From NCBI GenBank assembly GCA_020025075.1, contig JAHHSR010000001.1:43011-107010 (forward strand): 64,000 nucleotides of DNA. The letters are read 5' to 3'. Numbering within the stretch: the first letter of the stretch is position 1; each line of letters opens with the position of its first letter. Made by a program: the position numbers and the translations under genes. Positions 47,205-57,375 of this stretch are shown one piece after another. The stretch is from Pectinatus sp. (lineage in GTDB: Bacteria > Bacillota > Negativicutes > Selenomonadales > Selenomonadaceae). Under the pieces are notes generated by a model. It made no database searches. It was given only the letters and a program-made list of their open reading frames with translations, and was not told where the DNA came from.

Positions 47205-50200
47205 TTACTTTCTCCTTTTTAACTCCATCTGTTCGCCCGCCAATGTCTTAACGACGCGCAGGGCAGCCTCAGACGGTTTTTTGAGCATATTAGGCGTCAT
47301 CTTAACCTGAATGATGTTTTCATTGCCACTGATAAAGCGAATAAGACCGCCAAAAAGATTTCTCAGACGGAAAATATTTTCGGTCTTGAGCTTATGCTCC
47401 TTCAAAAGGGCAAAGATTAAGACGCCCGCCTGCTCACTGATAGACTTTATTCCTAAATCACGCGCATAATTTTTTACTTCCGCTATCTGCAAAAGATTTT
47501 TTAGCGGTTCCGTAAGCTGGCCAAAGCGGTCCTCAAGCTCGTCTTTTAGCGCCTTGATATGTTCCTTGGTGCGAATAGCGGCGATGCGCTGATAAATTTC
47601 AATCTTATGCATGGCATCATCAATATAGTCTGCATCAATATAGGCATCAGCCTTGATTTCGATGGTCGGCTCAGCCAACGGTTCTACGCGAGCTTTATTG
47701 CCCCTACTCAATTTTTCCACAGCTTCTTCCAAGAGATGGCAATACATTTCAAAGCCAACGCTTGCGATATGGCCGTGCTGCTGCGAGCCCAAAAGATTTC
47801 CCGCGCCGCGAATTTCTAAATCGCGCATGGCAATTTTAAAGCCTGAGCCAAGCTGCGCGAAATCCTTTATTGCCTGCAAGCGCTTTTCTGCCGTTTCCGT
47901 CAAGACCTTATCTCGCTGATAGACAAAATAGGCAAAAGCCATATTATTCGAGCGACCGACACGGCCACGCATCTGATAAAGCTGCGACAAGCCGAAATTA
48001 TCAGCATCATAGATGATGATTGTATTGGCATTGGCTATATCAAGCCCATTTTCAATAATGCTCGTCGCCAAAAGCACATCGTACTTTCCCTCATAAAATT
48101 CCATCATCGCATCTTCAAGCATGCCTTCCGGCATTTGACCATGGGCAACTTTAATCTTGACTTCTGGCAAAAGAGAGGAAAGGCGCAAATACATCTTGTC
48201 AATAGTATTGACGCGATTATAAACGAAATAGACCTGACCACCGCGGCGCAGCTCACGTCTTATTGCATCGCAAATAATATTATCTTGATTTTCAACGACG
48301 TAGGTCTGTATCGGATAGCGGTTTTTGGGCGGCGTCTCGATGACGCTCATATCGCGCGCTCCGACCAAAGACATATGCAAGGTTCGCGGGATTGGCGTTG
48401 CGCTCAAGGTCAAGACATCCAAATTAGTGCTAAGACGCTTTATCTTTTCTTTCTGCTTAACGCCAAAACGCTGTTCTTCATCGACTATCAAAAGACCTAA
48501 ATCCTTATATTTAACACTCTTGTTTAAAATGGCGTGCGTGCCGATAAGGATATCAACTTGCCCTAAAGCCAGCTTTTCCAAAACGCTTTTTTGTTCTTTC
48601 GCCGTGCGAAAACGGCAGATGACATCAACCACGGGAGCAAACTCCGCCATCCTGTTGCTGAACGTCTTATAGTGCTGCTGCGCCAAGACCGTCGTCGGAA
48701 CCAAAACCGCTACCTGCTTGCCATCCATAACCGCCTTAAAGGCCGCCCGAATTGCCACTTCCGTCTTGCCAAAGCCAACATCACCGCACAAAAGGCGGTC
48801 CATGGCCTTTTCGCTTTCCATATCATCCTTGATTTCGCGCAAAGCCATGAGCTGGTCATCGGTTTCCTCATAAGGGAAGGACTCTTCAAATTCATGCTGC
48901 CACGGCGTATCGGGAGAAAACTTAAAGCCATTTCCCGCCTTGCGCTGCGCATATAATTCAATGAGTTCAGTGGCAATCTTTTCAACGGCCTCTTGCGCCT
49001 TCTTCTTGGCCTTCTTCCATGCCGTGCCGTTCATCTTGCTCAGCTGCGGCGCTTCGCCTTCTGAGCCGATATATTTCTGCAAAAGATGTACCTGGTCAGT
49101 CGGCACGAACAGCTTGTCATTGCCGCTATATTTGATGTGCAAATAATCACGATGGATGCCATTTAGGTCAATGGTCTCCACGCCCATATACTTGCCAATG
49201 CCGTGATTGATATGAACGACATAATCACCCACCTTTATTTCGCTGAAGTGATTAATTTTCTCGCCTGGCGAAGCAGCAATTGCCCTTTGCCGCAGCAAAT
49301 GCCTTTTTTGGTGCCCCATGATGTCCTTTTCCGTAATTACGGCCAACTTAGCGCCCGGCATCTCAAAGCCATTCATCAGACTGCCCGTCAAAAGGGCAAT
49401 AGTTCCCGCATCGTATTGAAAGCGCTTGCTAAGAGCCGCCTCTACATCATGGCTTGCCAAAATCCCCTTGATATAGTCGGCCTTTTGCTCATCTTCCATG
49501 ATAATGGCCACGGCATAATCATTTTTTTGCCATTCCTTTAATTCATTGGTCAAAAGCTCCATCTGCCGCTGAAAGGAGGTCATATTCTTAGCCGTAATGC
49601 TGAAAATTTCCTTGGGCGAACCGGTATGGATGCGCTGCAGCATTAAAGACATATAGACGACATTTTTTTTCTTGGCCTGCGCCAAAAGCTCTTCCCATTT
49701 AAAGACGTAATCCTTATATTCAGGATTTTCCTTGACCTGGGCCAAGATTTCTTCATGCACACGATTAGGTTCATCAATGCAGACGCTTGCCTCTTCGGGC
49801 AAATAGGCCAAAAAACTGTCTGCATGGCGTATCTCCTTTGCTGAAAGCAGCGGCATGACAAGAATCGCTTCTTCCTCAGCTACGGATATCTGCGAGTTTA
49901 TGTCAAATGTCCTTATCGACTCTATCTCATCGTCAAGCAATTCTAGTCGATAAGGTGCTTCTGCATTGATGGGATAAATGTCAATAATGCCGCCGCGCAC
50001 ACAAAATTGCCCCAAGTGCTCAATCTGTCCCGTGCGCTCATAGCCCATTTTCACCAGGCGCTCAGATATTATTTCCATGGACAATTGCGCACCGCGCTTT
50101 ATGGTCAGGCTATATGCTTCAACATCGTTTCTGGCAAGTTCTTTTTGCACCGCTGCCTCGCCCTGAGCGACGACGACCATAGGGCCGCCTTGGGACATCT

Positions 50201-50537
50201 TGCCTAAAATCTCCAAGCGCTGCGCCGTTACCTCAAGGCTCTTTGCGCTAGTGGAAAAAAAAGCCATGTCGGCTAGCGGCAGCTGATAGACAGCGTATTT
50301 TTGCGACAAAAGCTCCGAAAGGTCATCTGCCCATTCTGCTGCATTTTCACGGCCATGCGTGATTATTACCAGCGGGTTTGCCATACTTTCCAAGCATGCG
50401 GCTAAAGCTGCGCGCTTTTGCGTGCCTGATAAGCCATAAATATGGCTTTCCATTCCTTTTTGACCTTTTGTCGCAAAAAATTTCTTTATTTTTTCGATTG
50501 CCGGATCAGAACTGATTTTAGCTAAAAGTCCTTCCAT
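47205..50537 (-). CDS. mfd: Transcription-repair coupling factor Mfd
   Basis: 1110 aa with a CarD-like domain, superfamily-2 helicase motifs (LLCGDVGFGKTEVA, DEEQRFG, TLSATPIPRT) and a TRG region. Confidence 0.96.
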   Translation of the reverse strand: MEGLLAKISSDPAIEKIKKFFATKGQKGMESHIYGLSGTQKRAALAACLESMANPLVIITHGRENAAEWADDLSELLSQKYAVYQLPLADMAFFSTSAKSLEVTAQRLEILGKMSQGGPMVVVAQGEAAVQKELARNDVEAYSLTIKRGAQLSMEIISERLVKMGYERTGQIEHLGQFCVRGGIIDIYPINAEAPYRLELLDDEIESIRTFDINSQISVAEEEAILVMPLLSAKEIRHADSFLAYLPEEASVCIDEPNRVHEEILAQVKENPEYKDYVFKWEELLAQAKKKNVVYMSLMLQRIHTGSPKEIFSITAKNMTSFQRQMELLTNELKEWQKNDYAVAIIMEDEQKADYIKGILASHDVEAALSKRFQYDAGTIALLTGSLMNGFEMPGAKLAVITEKDIMGHQKRHLLRQRAIAASPGEKINHFSEIKVGDYVVHINHGIGKYMGVETIDLNGIHRDYLHIKYSGNDKLFVPTDQVHLLQKYIGSEGEAPQLSKMNGTAWKKAKKKAQEAVEKIATELIELYAQRKAGNGFKFSPDTPWQHEFEESFPYEETDDQLMALREIKDDMESEKAMDRLLCGDVGFGKTEVAIRAAFKAVMDGKQVAVLVPTTVLAQQHYKTFSNRMAEFAPVVDVICRFRTAKEQKSVLEKLALGQVDILIGTHAILNKSVKYKDLGLLIVDEEQRFGVKQKEKIKRLSTNLDVLTLSATPIPRTLHMSLVGARDMSVIETPPKNRYPIQTYVVENQDNIICDAIRRELRRGGQVYFVYNRVNTIDKMYLRLSSLLPEVKIKVAHGQMPEGMLEDAMMEFYEGKYDVLLATSIIENGLDIANANTIIIYDADNFGLSQLYQMRGRVGRSNNMAFAYFVYQRDKVLTETAEKRLQAIKDFAQLGSGFKIAMRDLEIRGAGNLLGSQQHGHIASVGFEMYCHLLEEAVEKLSRGNKARVEPLAEPTIEIKADAYIDADYIDDAMHKIEIYQRIAAIRTKEHIKALKDELEDRFGQLTEPLKNLLQIAEVKNYARDLGIKSISEQAGVLIFALLKEHKLKTENIFRLRNLFGGLIRFISGNENIIQVKMTPNMLKKPSEAALRVVKTLAGEQMELKRRK

Positions 50538-50571
50538 TTAATCTCCCCGTTTAAGCCCACGGCTCCATGCC

Positions 50572-50602
50572 AAAAGGGGACCATCTTCAGACGGTCCCTT
50601 TT
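50572..50602 (-). terminator. Candidate terminator after the ynbB-like gene
   Basis: Minus strand reads AAGGGACC-GUCUGAAGAU-GGUCCCCUU with a trailing UUGG. The stem has one bulge and the U-tract is weak. Confidence 0.4.
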
Positions 50603-50680
50603 CATCAGCACGAAGCTTCTTTATGGCATATTTTATTGCCTGCGGAAAAGCCGCATTAGTCAATTATAGCATATTGTCAC

Positions 50681-51937
50681 TCAAAGAGCTTTGTTTTTGA
50701 TGTTTTCAAGCTCTTGCGCAGCGCCCATGGCGGCCAAGACGCCGTGTTCAAACGTCAATGCCCCCTGCATATAAACGCTATAAGGCGCGCGCATCGGGCC
50801 ATCAGCACTAAGCTCAATTGAAGCACCTTGAACAAAGGTACCTGCCGCCATGATTACCTGGTCGCTATATCCTGGCATATCCCAAGGCTCTGGGCTCACA
50901 TATGAGTCAACCGGCGAATACTTTTGTATCCCTTGGCAAAAAGCGACGAGATTTTCCGGCTTTTCAAGCTCAATCGCCTGAATTATATCGCCACGCTTTT
51001 CACTGTAAAGCGGCGCCGCCTTGTAGCCGAGCTCGGCAAAAAAGGCCGCGGCAAAAATTGCGCTCTTCACCGCTTGAGCGACGACGTGCGGGGCGAGGAA
51101 AAGGCCTTGAAAAAGGAGGCGATTATTGGCAAGGCTAGCTCCAAGCTCAGCACCCATCCCCGGCGATGTCAAGCGGTAGGAAGAAAGCTCCACCAAATCC
51201 TCACGCCCAACGATATAGCCGCCGGTAGGGGCAAGGCCACCGCCGGGATTTTTAATCAAGGAACCGGCCATAATATCAGCCCCGACTTCAATCGGCTCTT
51301 GCTCTTCAATAAATTCGCCGTAGCAATTATCGACAAAACAAATACAGTCCGACTTTAGGCGCTTAATAAAAGCGCAGATTTCACCTATTTCTGAAACTGT
51401 CAAGGTCGGCCTCATGCTATAGCCGCGCGAACGCTGAATGAGAGCCATCTTCGTCTTTGCGCCGATGCTCTTTTGCAGCGCTTCATAATTGACGCGTCCA
51501 TCTTCCTTCAAAGGAACTTCCTTATACCCGATGCCAAATTCTTTCAAAGAGCCTTTAGAGGGATTTTCATAGCCAATGACAGTGCGCATCGTATCATAAG
51601 GCGCCCCCATTACGCTCACGAGTTCATCACCGGGACGCAATATGCCGAAAAGAACCGTGGCTAGAGTATGTGTGCCCGAAACAAAATGCGTACGCACCAA
51701 AGCGCTGGGGGCCTTGAAGACATGGGCGTAAACTTGCTCTAGCTTTTCACGGCCAATATCGTCATAGGCATATCCCGTCGATGTATTAAAATGCACTGCA
51801 GCAACTTTTGCCTCACGCATCGCATCTAACACCTTCAGCGTATTTTTTTCCGCCACTGCATCGGGACCGGCAAAATAGCTTGCGCATTTTTTAATAGCAG
51901 CTTCTTTTGCCGCTAAAATTTTCTTTGAAAACATCAT
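50681..51937 (-). CDS. Methionine gamma-lyase-family PLP protein (YnbB / aluminium-resistance type)
   Basis: 418 aa. Overall resembles the YnbB family (Cys/Met-metabolism PLP fold: GTHTLATVLFGILRPGDE..., SLIKNPGGGLAPTGGY). Confidence 0.75.
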   Translation of the reverse strand: MMFSKKILAAKEAAIKKCASYFAGPDAVAEKNTLKVLDAMREAKVAAVHFNTSTGYAYDDIGREKLEQVYAHVFKAPSALVRTHFVSGTHTLATVLFGILRPGDELVSVMGAPYDTMRTVIGYENPSKGSLKEFGIGYKEVPLKEDGRVNYEALQKSIGAKTKMALIQRSRGYSMRPTLTVSEIGEICAFIKRLKSDCICFVDNCYGEFIEEQEPIEVGADIMAGSLIKNPGGGLAPTGGYIVGREDLVELSSYRLTSPGMGAELGASLANNRLLFQGLFLAPHVVAQAVKSAIFAAAFFAELGYKAAPLYSEKRGDIIQAIELEKPENLVAFCQGIQKYSPVDSYVSPEPWDMPGYSDQVIMAAGTFVQGASIELSADGPMRAPYSVYMQGALTFEHGVLAAMGAAQELENIKNKAL

Positions 51938-51984
51938 ATCTCTCCTCTTATCAATATCAATGGCGGATAAGACGCCAGCTTTTC

Positions 51985-52019
51985 AAAAAAAAGCCCTTAT
52001 CCGCTCAGGATAAGGGCTT
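51985..52019 (-). terminator. Intrinsic terminator after rpmB
   Basis: Minus strand reads GCCCUUAUCC-UGAGC-GGAUAAGGGC followed by U8. Confidence 0.7.
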
Positions 52020-52031
52020 CAAAAGCGTGTA

Positions 52032-52226
52032 CTATTCAGTACGCTGTATTTTGCTGCTCGTGCGCAGGCAGCGGGTGCAAACATTGATATGCTTAACTTC
52101 GCCGTCTACAACAGCGCGGACTCTCTGAATGTTAGGCTTCCATTTACGCTTCGTTTTCAAATGAGAATGGCTGACATTCATACCGGACATTTCGCCCTTG
52201 CCGCAAACTTGACATACATTTGCCAT
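52032..52226 (-). CDS. rpmB: 50S ribosomal protein L28
   Basis: 64 aa, MANVCQVCGKGEMSGMNVSHSHLKTKRKWKPNIQRVR. Confidence 0.95.
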   Translation of the reverse strand: MANVCQVCGKGEMSGMNVSHSHLKTKRKWKPNIQRVRAVVDGEVKHINVCTRCLRTSSKIQRTE

Positions 52227-52404
52227 CTATTACACGCCTCCTTAAATATCATCTGTAATTGCTGGCGTACCCCTGCGGCTGACGCCGAAGAGTTTTGGGA
52301 TTCCCACAATGGATAACGCCCTATCCATATAACCTTACTGCCAGTGCAGATGCCCTCGTGCGTGCCCAAAGGCAAAGCCCATGAACCCGCTCGGCAATGA
52401 CAAT

Positions 52405-52433
52405 ATTATAATATAAATCTCATCAAAGTGCAA
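52405..52433 (-). promoter_or_regulatory. Candidate sigma-A promoter of rpmB
   Basis: Minus strand reads TTGCAC-17 nt-TATAAT, about 170 nt upstream of the rpmB ATG. Confidence 0.5.
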
Positions 52434-52461
52434 TATCTATTTCGCATTTTTCTTTGCCCTC

Positions 52462-53607
52462 TCAGCGTGTGCGCCGCTTATAAACGCCAATTGTCAATTC
52501 ATTAAAAAGCGGCAAATAACGAGAAGACAAGTTACGGCAAAATGCTGCCGTAACTAAAGCAGAAGTTGCCACCAAGATATAGAGAATGGCCGTATGCACC
52601 GCCGTCAAAACGATATTGCCATGCGCAAAAAGCGAAGAAAATAGCGACAGATAAACAGGATGGCACAGATATATAAAATACGAATGGCGCCCCAAAAGAG
52701 AAAAAAGCTTCTTAGCCCCATTCGGCCACGGCCAATCTATGAAGGCGTAAAACAGAAACAGCGTCGCCCCCAAAGTATAGATTATGCCCGCCGGGCAAAG
52801 TTGATGTGCCGTATTCGTCGCTTCCAAAAGCGTATAACCATCGCCATAAATGCAGTAATAATAATAACCTATCAAAAGAGACAGGGAAAAGACAAAAAAG
52901 CAGCTGATGCTCAAGGAAAAACGCTGCAAAAAAGCTTTAAAGGCCGCAAAATGAACTGCCGCATAGCCGCCCAAAACAAAGATAAACAAATAATGCACAA
53001 CCCAATAATTGAGCCTGTAAACAAATAAATCACGCAGCAGATGATTGCCAATGCCATAAGGGTTCATGAGAAAGCTCGAATAATAGTCAAATGCCATCTG
53101 CAAAATAAACAGCACAGCCAAAACTTTCAAATTACAGCGTTCTACCAGCCAAATCCAAAAAGGCATCAAAAGATAAAACCATATCAAGATAACCATGAAA
53201 TAAAGCTGATAGCAAGCGAGCCCAAAAAACAAAATATATAAAATATGCAGCGGATTTAAAAGGCCCCTCATGTCGCCATAGCAAAAGCCATAGAGCAAAA
53301 GATAAAATAGCGACCAGACGATATAGGGAACAAGAACCGTTTTAAAGCGCCGCTTCATAAACGAGCTGTAAGAAAATTTTTCTTTTAAATCAAGATTGTA
53401 AAAGAGGCCAAATGCTGATATAAAGAAAAATATCGGCACCGAAAAGCGTGTTGCCACTTCATAAAATGCCGTAACGGCTGCATTCGGCGTCGTATTTTCT
53501 ACGAGATACTGCGAGCCGACATGAATTGCGATAACGCCGAGCATAGCAATGCCGCGCATATACTCGATAGCGGCAATGCGCGGCTTTTTGGTACTATTTT
53601 CTGCCAT
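52462..53607 (-). CDS. Acyltransferase family 3 membrane protein (putative polysaccharide/peptidoglycan O-acyltransferase)
   Basis: 381 aa with about 10 TM segments. N-terminal RIAAIEYMRGIAMLGVIAIH is typical of acyltransferase_3. Confidence 0.8.
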   Translation of the reverse strand: MAENSTKKPRIAAIEYMRGIAMLGVIAIHVGSQYLVENTTPNAAVTAFYEVATRFSVPIFFFISAFGLFYNLDLKEKFSYSSFMKRRFKTVLVPYIVWSLFYLLLYGFCYGDMRGLLNPLHILYILFFGLACYQLYFMVILIWFYLLMPFWIWLVERCNLKVLAVLFILQMAFDYYSSFLMNPYGIGNHLLRDLFVYRLNYWVVHYLFIFVLGGYAAVHFAAFKAFLQRFSLSISCFFVFSLSLLIGYYYYCIYGDGYTLLEATNTAHQLCPAGIIYTLGATLFLFYAFIDWPWPNGAKKLFSLLGRHSYFIYLCHPVYLSLFSSLFAHGNIVLTAVHTAILYILVATSALVTAAFCRNLSSRYLPLFNELTIGVYKRRTR

Positions 53608-53612
53608 GAAGC

Positions 53613-55067
53613 TTATTTTTCCTTTTGGGCAAGCTCTTCAAGCATGCTCTGCATCAAGCGCACTTGCGGCACAATAGTGCAAAGTTCCAAACATTCTTGC
53701 GGCGAATGAATATCCTTGTTATTAGGACCAATAGAAACGATATCCATATTGTGATTCTTGCTGATAAAGTAGTTACATTCCAGTCCACCATGCGTAAATT
53801 CAATCGTCATGGGATGGTTGTTTTGTTCTTCAAAAATCCTTTTTGCCATCTTGGGAAGGAGGCTATCCGGATTGCCGTTCCAAGCCGGCGAAGTAGCGCC
53901 AAAATCAGGATTAAAGCCGCTCATGGCCGCAAGAGCACGCAGCGAAGTCTTAAGCATTGACAAATTGGCATCAGCAGCGCTGCGAGCCATGACCAAAACT
54001 TCAAACTTGCCATCTTTAACAAATGTCTTGCCGATATTAGCGGAAAGCTGCGGCAAGGTGTTAGAAAAACGGGAAACGGCATAAACACCGCTGTGAACAG
54101 CATTAATGAGCATGATACCCGAAAGGAAAATGCCGTTTTCAAGCATTTGCGAAGGCTTTTGTGTTGCCGTGCAGCCAACCTTGGCCTGTTCTTCAATGCC
54201 TTCATAAGCTTCTGCCATTTCAGCTTTAAAATCAGCAACGATTTTTTCTATCGCAGCCTTATCTTTTTCCCAGTAGCAAATCGTCGCCTGAACGTGTGGG
54301 GCAACAGCATTTTCGGCTACGCCGCCTTCAATATCGCAAAGGCCAAATTCAACTTTTGCTTCATGCAGACGATAAAGCAAGACGCCCAAAGCCTTGATGG
54401 CATTGGCCCTATTTTGCATGATAACCATGCCGGAATGGCCGCCTAAAAGATTCTTTATTTCAAGGACGGCCGCGCTATCGCCAATAGCCGGAACAAACTT
54501 AGCATCTCTTTCAAATCTCAAGCGGACACTGCCAGCACTGCCGACCGTCGCCACATCGTATTCTTCTGAGTCGCAATTTATAACATAGCGCACGTCTTTT
54601 AAATCATCTGCACTGAGGCCACGCGCTCCTGTCATTCCCGTTTCTTCGTCAGCCGTAAAGACGACGCGCAAAGGTCCATGGTCAAATTTTTGCGCCATGA
54701 GATAGATGATGCTGGCAACGCCAATACCGTCATCAGCTCCGAGGCTCGTGCCTTCAGCCGTCAAGTATTTGCCATCATTTTTTACCTTAATCGGGTCATT
54801 TTGCGGGTCATATTTAACTCCCTTTTCCGCTACGCAGACCATATCCATATGAGCCTGCAGCATCGTCAAGGGAACATTTTCAAAGCCTGGTGCTGCCTTT
54901 TTGTCGGCAATGACATTGTTGTACTCATCTTGCTTGACTGTAAGTCCCAATTCACGCAAACGCTTAGCAAGGTAATCGCTTACCTTCTTTTCATGTCCAG
55001 AGGGGCGGGGAATTTCTGTCAATTTTTGGAATTCATCTAATACTTTTTGTAAAATGTCCTGTTCCAT
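53613..55067 (-). CDS. pepD: Aminoacyl-histidine dipeptidase PepD (M20C)
   Basis: MEQDILQKVLDEFQKLTEIPRPSGHEKKVSDYL, LQAHMDMVC, GADDGIGVA, ADEETGMTGA. ATG 55067 is preferred over the track start at 55190. Confidence 0.9.
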   Translation of the reverse strand: MEQDILQKVLDEFQKLTEIPRPSGHEKKVSDYLAKRLRELGLTVKQDEYNNVIADKKAAPGFENVPLTMLQAHMDMVCVAEKGVKYDPQNDPIKVKNDGKYLTAEGTSLGADDGIGVASIIYLMAQKFDHGPLRVVFTADEETGMTGARGLSADDLKDVRYVINCDSEEYDVATVGSAGSVRLRFERDAKFVPAIGDSAAVLEIKNLLGGHSGMVIMQNRANAIKALGVLLYRLHEAKVEFGLCDIEGGVAENAVAPHVQATICYWEKDKAAIEKIVADFKAEMAEAYEGIEEQAKVGCTATQKPSQMLENGIFLSGIMLINAVHSGVYAVSRFSNTLPQLSANIGKTFVKDGKFEVLVMARSAADANLSMLKTSLRALAAMSGFNPDFGATSPAWNGNPDSLLPKMAKRIFEEQNNHPMTIEFTHGGLECNYFISKNHNMDIVSIGPNNKDIHSPQECLELCTIVPQVRLMQSMLEELAQKEK

Positions 55068-55548
55068 ACTAGTTGCGGCATTGAAAAATCCTTCCTCATT
55101 CATCGTATCCGGGAAAATCCCGCTGGCACAATACTCCCGAGGCTTTAAATCCCCTTTTGAGGGTACTGCGGCTAAAAGCCGCCGCCGCATTCACTCCCTT
55201 TTTATTTTTTTGCCAACCTTGCGGCACTCACCTTAAAGGCGAATTTTTTGAAATGAAAAGCTGCTTGAGCTTTTCTTTCAAAGGCTTGCCTTGCCCTCTT
55301 TTTAGCCTTCTTCTACAAAAAGGCGCGTGCAACGAACAGCTAAACCTGCTAGATTCATAGCACTTTTTCATAATTCTTATTATATATTAATTTGGCAATT
55401 TTGTGAACCCTTAACAGCCGCGAGATACAAGCGAAAAAATTTATGCCTTGCGCCCATAAACATAATTTTTTTTAAAAAAAAGGATAATATACTTTATTCA
55501 TTGAATATTAATATGGACAGGATATGGATTTTAGTTTTGGTGAAGATT

Positions 55549-57348
55549 ATGCAAAAAGAAAATTCGTACAGCAACTTCTCTGATACGGTACGTGCGGCAA
55601 GCGATATCGTCGCCACGATTTCAGCTTATGTGCCGCTCAAAAGGCGTGGCCATAATTATTGGGGCTGTTGCCCGTTCCACAATGAAAAGACACCTTCTTT
55701 TTCAGTCGTGCCCGATGAGGGTTTCTTTTATTGTTTCGGCTGCCACAAAGGTGGCAATGTCTTTAAATTTCTTTCATTAATTGAAGGAATCGAATACAAA
55801 GATGCCATTCGCCTGCAAGCTCAGCGGCTCAATATTCCGCTTCCGCAAAAGCGTGCCCTCTCAGCGCACGAAATAGAAATAGAACAGAAAAAAGATAATC
55901 TCTATCGCGTCTTGAGCTTGGCGCGCAATTTCTTTTTCAACTGTTTAACAAAGACAAATTATGGCAAAAATGGTCTTTCTTATCTGCAAGGACGCCAAAT
56001 TGATAAGAAAATAATCGAAAAATTTTCGCTGGGCTTTGCTCCGCCATTATGGGATAAGCTATTTACCTCTTTTGCCAAACGAGGCATTTCACCCACACTT
56101 TTATCTGAGGCGGGCCTTTGCCTCCCCAGTCAGAAGCAAAAAGGCTATTATGACCGTTTCCGCAATAGAGTCATGATTCCCATTGCCGACGAGCACGGCA
56201 AAGTAGTTGGCTTTGGCGGACGCGTCATCAGCTCTGACGAGCAGCCAAAATACCTCAATTCCCCCGAGACGGAAATTTTCAATAAGCGCCAGCTGCTTTT
56301 CGGTCTCAATACTGCTAAAAGTGCCATTCGCCAGGCAGATTTTGCCATTATTGTTGAGGGATATATGGATGCCATAGCCCTTGCCAGCCACGGTTTCGAA
56401 AATACTGTTGCCTCCTTGGGTACAGCTTTCACGGTGCAGCAATGCACAAAACTATTGCGTTTCACAAAAAATTTGTATTTTTGTTATGATAGCGATAATG
56501 CTGGCCAGCAAGCTACCTTACGTGCCTTATCCATTGCTCGCGAGCAACATGCATCAGTGCGGATAATCATCGTGCCTGACGGCAAAGACCCAGATGAATT
56601 TATCAGAAAACACGATGCCGGCGCCTTTCGCCAATTAGTCAAAGGCGCTCTTTCTTTTCTCTCTTTTCACTTGCAATATATAAAAAAGACTGTCGACCTT
56701 TCCAGCCTCGAAGGACGCGTCAAAGCCGTCAGCCTCATCTTGCCCATCCTCAAAAGCTGTGAAAGCACAATCGAGTTAAATGACAGTATCGCCGCAGCGG
56801 CACGCAGTATTGGCATTGATGAAATTGATTTGAGAAATGAATTTACCCGCCGCCAGAAAAAAAGCGACTTGCCCGCTGCTCCTGATGTCGTCGTTACGGC
56901 AACGCAGGCACTGGGCAAGGCTTCTCTTAAAGCAGCTCGCTGTATCATCAGCTGCCTTTGGTATGACAGGTCACTTGCAGAGCGCATCTTTGCCGCTTTG
57001 GATGAAACTGATTTTATAAGCCAGCCGCAAAAGGAAATCGTAAACTTTCTGCAAAACGCCGGCCATGAAGTTCAGCTATCCAATGAAATGGCGGCTCAAA
57101 ATCTTTCTGAGCCGGCATACACCGAACTATTGCATTGCTTAGCAATGCGCGATATAGCAGAAACCTCCTTTGATAGCTGCCTTCATTCCTTGCAGCTGCG
57201 CCATTTAAAAAGGCTTTATCAGCTGCACAGTCAAAAGGCCTCCGAACTTGAGCGAAAAGGTGATTCAGCTTTTTTGCAGGAACTAGAAAAATTACAACGA
57301 ATTATAAAAGAAATGGATGAATTAAATGACAAGCATTATCATCAATAA
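55549..57348 (+). CDS. dnaG: DNA primase DnaG
   Basis: Zinc ribbon CCPFHNEKTPSFSV..FYCFGCHKGGNVFKF and TOPRIM (IIVEGYMD, YFCYDSDNAGQQA). ATG 55549 is preferred; the 74 upstream codons of the track ORF have no primase-like sequence. Confidence 0.93.
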   Translation: MQKENSYSNFSDTVRAASDIVATISAYVPLKRRGHNYWGCCPFHNEKTPSFSVVPDEGFFYCFGCHKGGNVFKFLSLIEGIEYKDAIRLQAQRLNIPLPQKRALSAHEIEIEQKKDNLYRVLSLARNFFFNCLTKTNYGKNGLSYLQGRQIDKKIIEKFSLGFAPPLWDKLFTSFAKRGISPTLLSEAGLCLPSQKQKGYYDRFRNRVMIPIADEHGKVVGFGGRVISSDEQPKYLNSPETEIFNKRQLLFGLNTAKSAIRQADFAIIVEGYMDAIALASHGFENTVASLGTAFTVQQCTKLLRFTKNLYFCYDSDNAGQQATLRALSIAREQHASVRIIIVPDGKDPDEFIRKHDAGAFRQLVKGALSFLSFHLQYIKKTVDLSSLEGRVKAVSLILPILKSCESTIELNDSIAAAARSIGIDEIDLRNEFTRRQKKSDLPAAPDVVVTATQALGKASLKAARCIISCLWYDRSLAERIFAALDETDFISQPQKEIVNFLQNAGHEVQLSNEMAAQNLSEPAYTELLHCLAMRDIAETSFDSCLHSLQLRHLKRLYQLHSQKASELERKGDSAFLQELEKLQRIIKEMDELNDKHYHQ

Positions 57349-57375
57349 TACTTATATTGGAAAGGAGGCGGCTAT

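Noticed and set aside
55068-55190. 41 extra N-terminal codons on pepD.
   Set aside because: PepD homology starts at MEQDILQKVLDEF (ATG 55067), which gives the usual length of about 485 aa.
55327-55548. 74 extra N-terminal codons on dnaG in the ORF track.
   Set aside because: The primase zinc-ribbon region begins right after ATG 55549. The upstream part runs through AT-rich promoter-like DNA.
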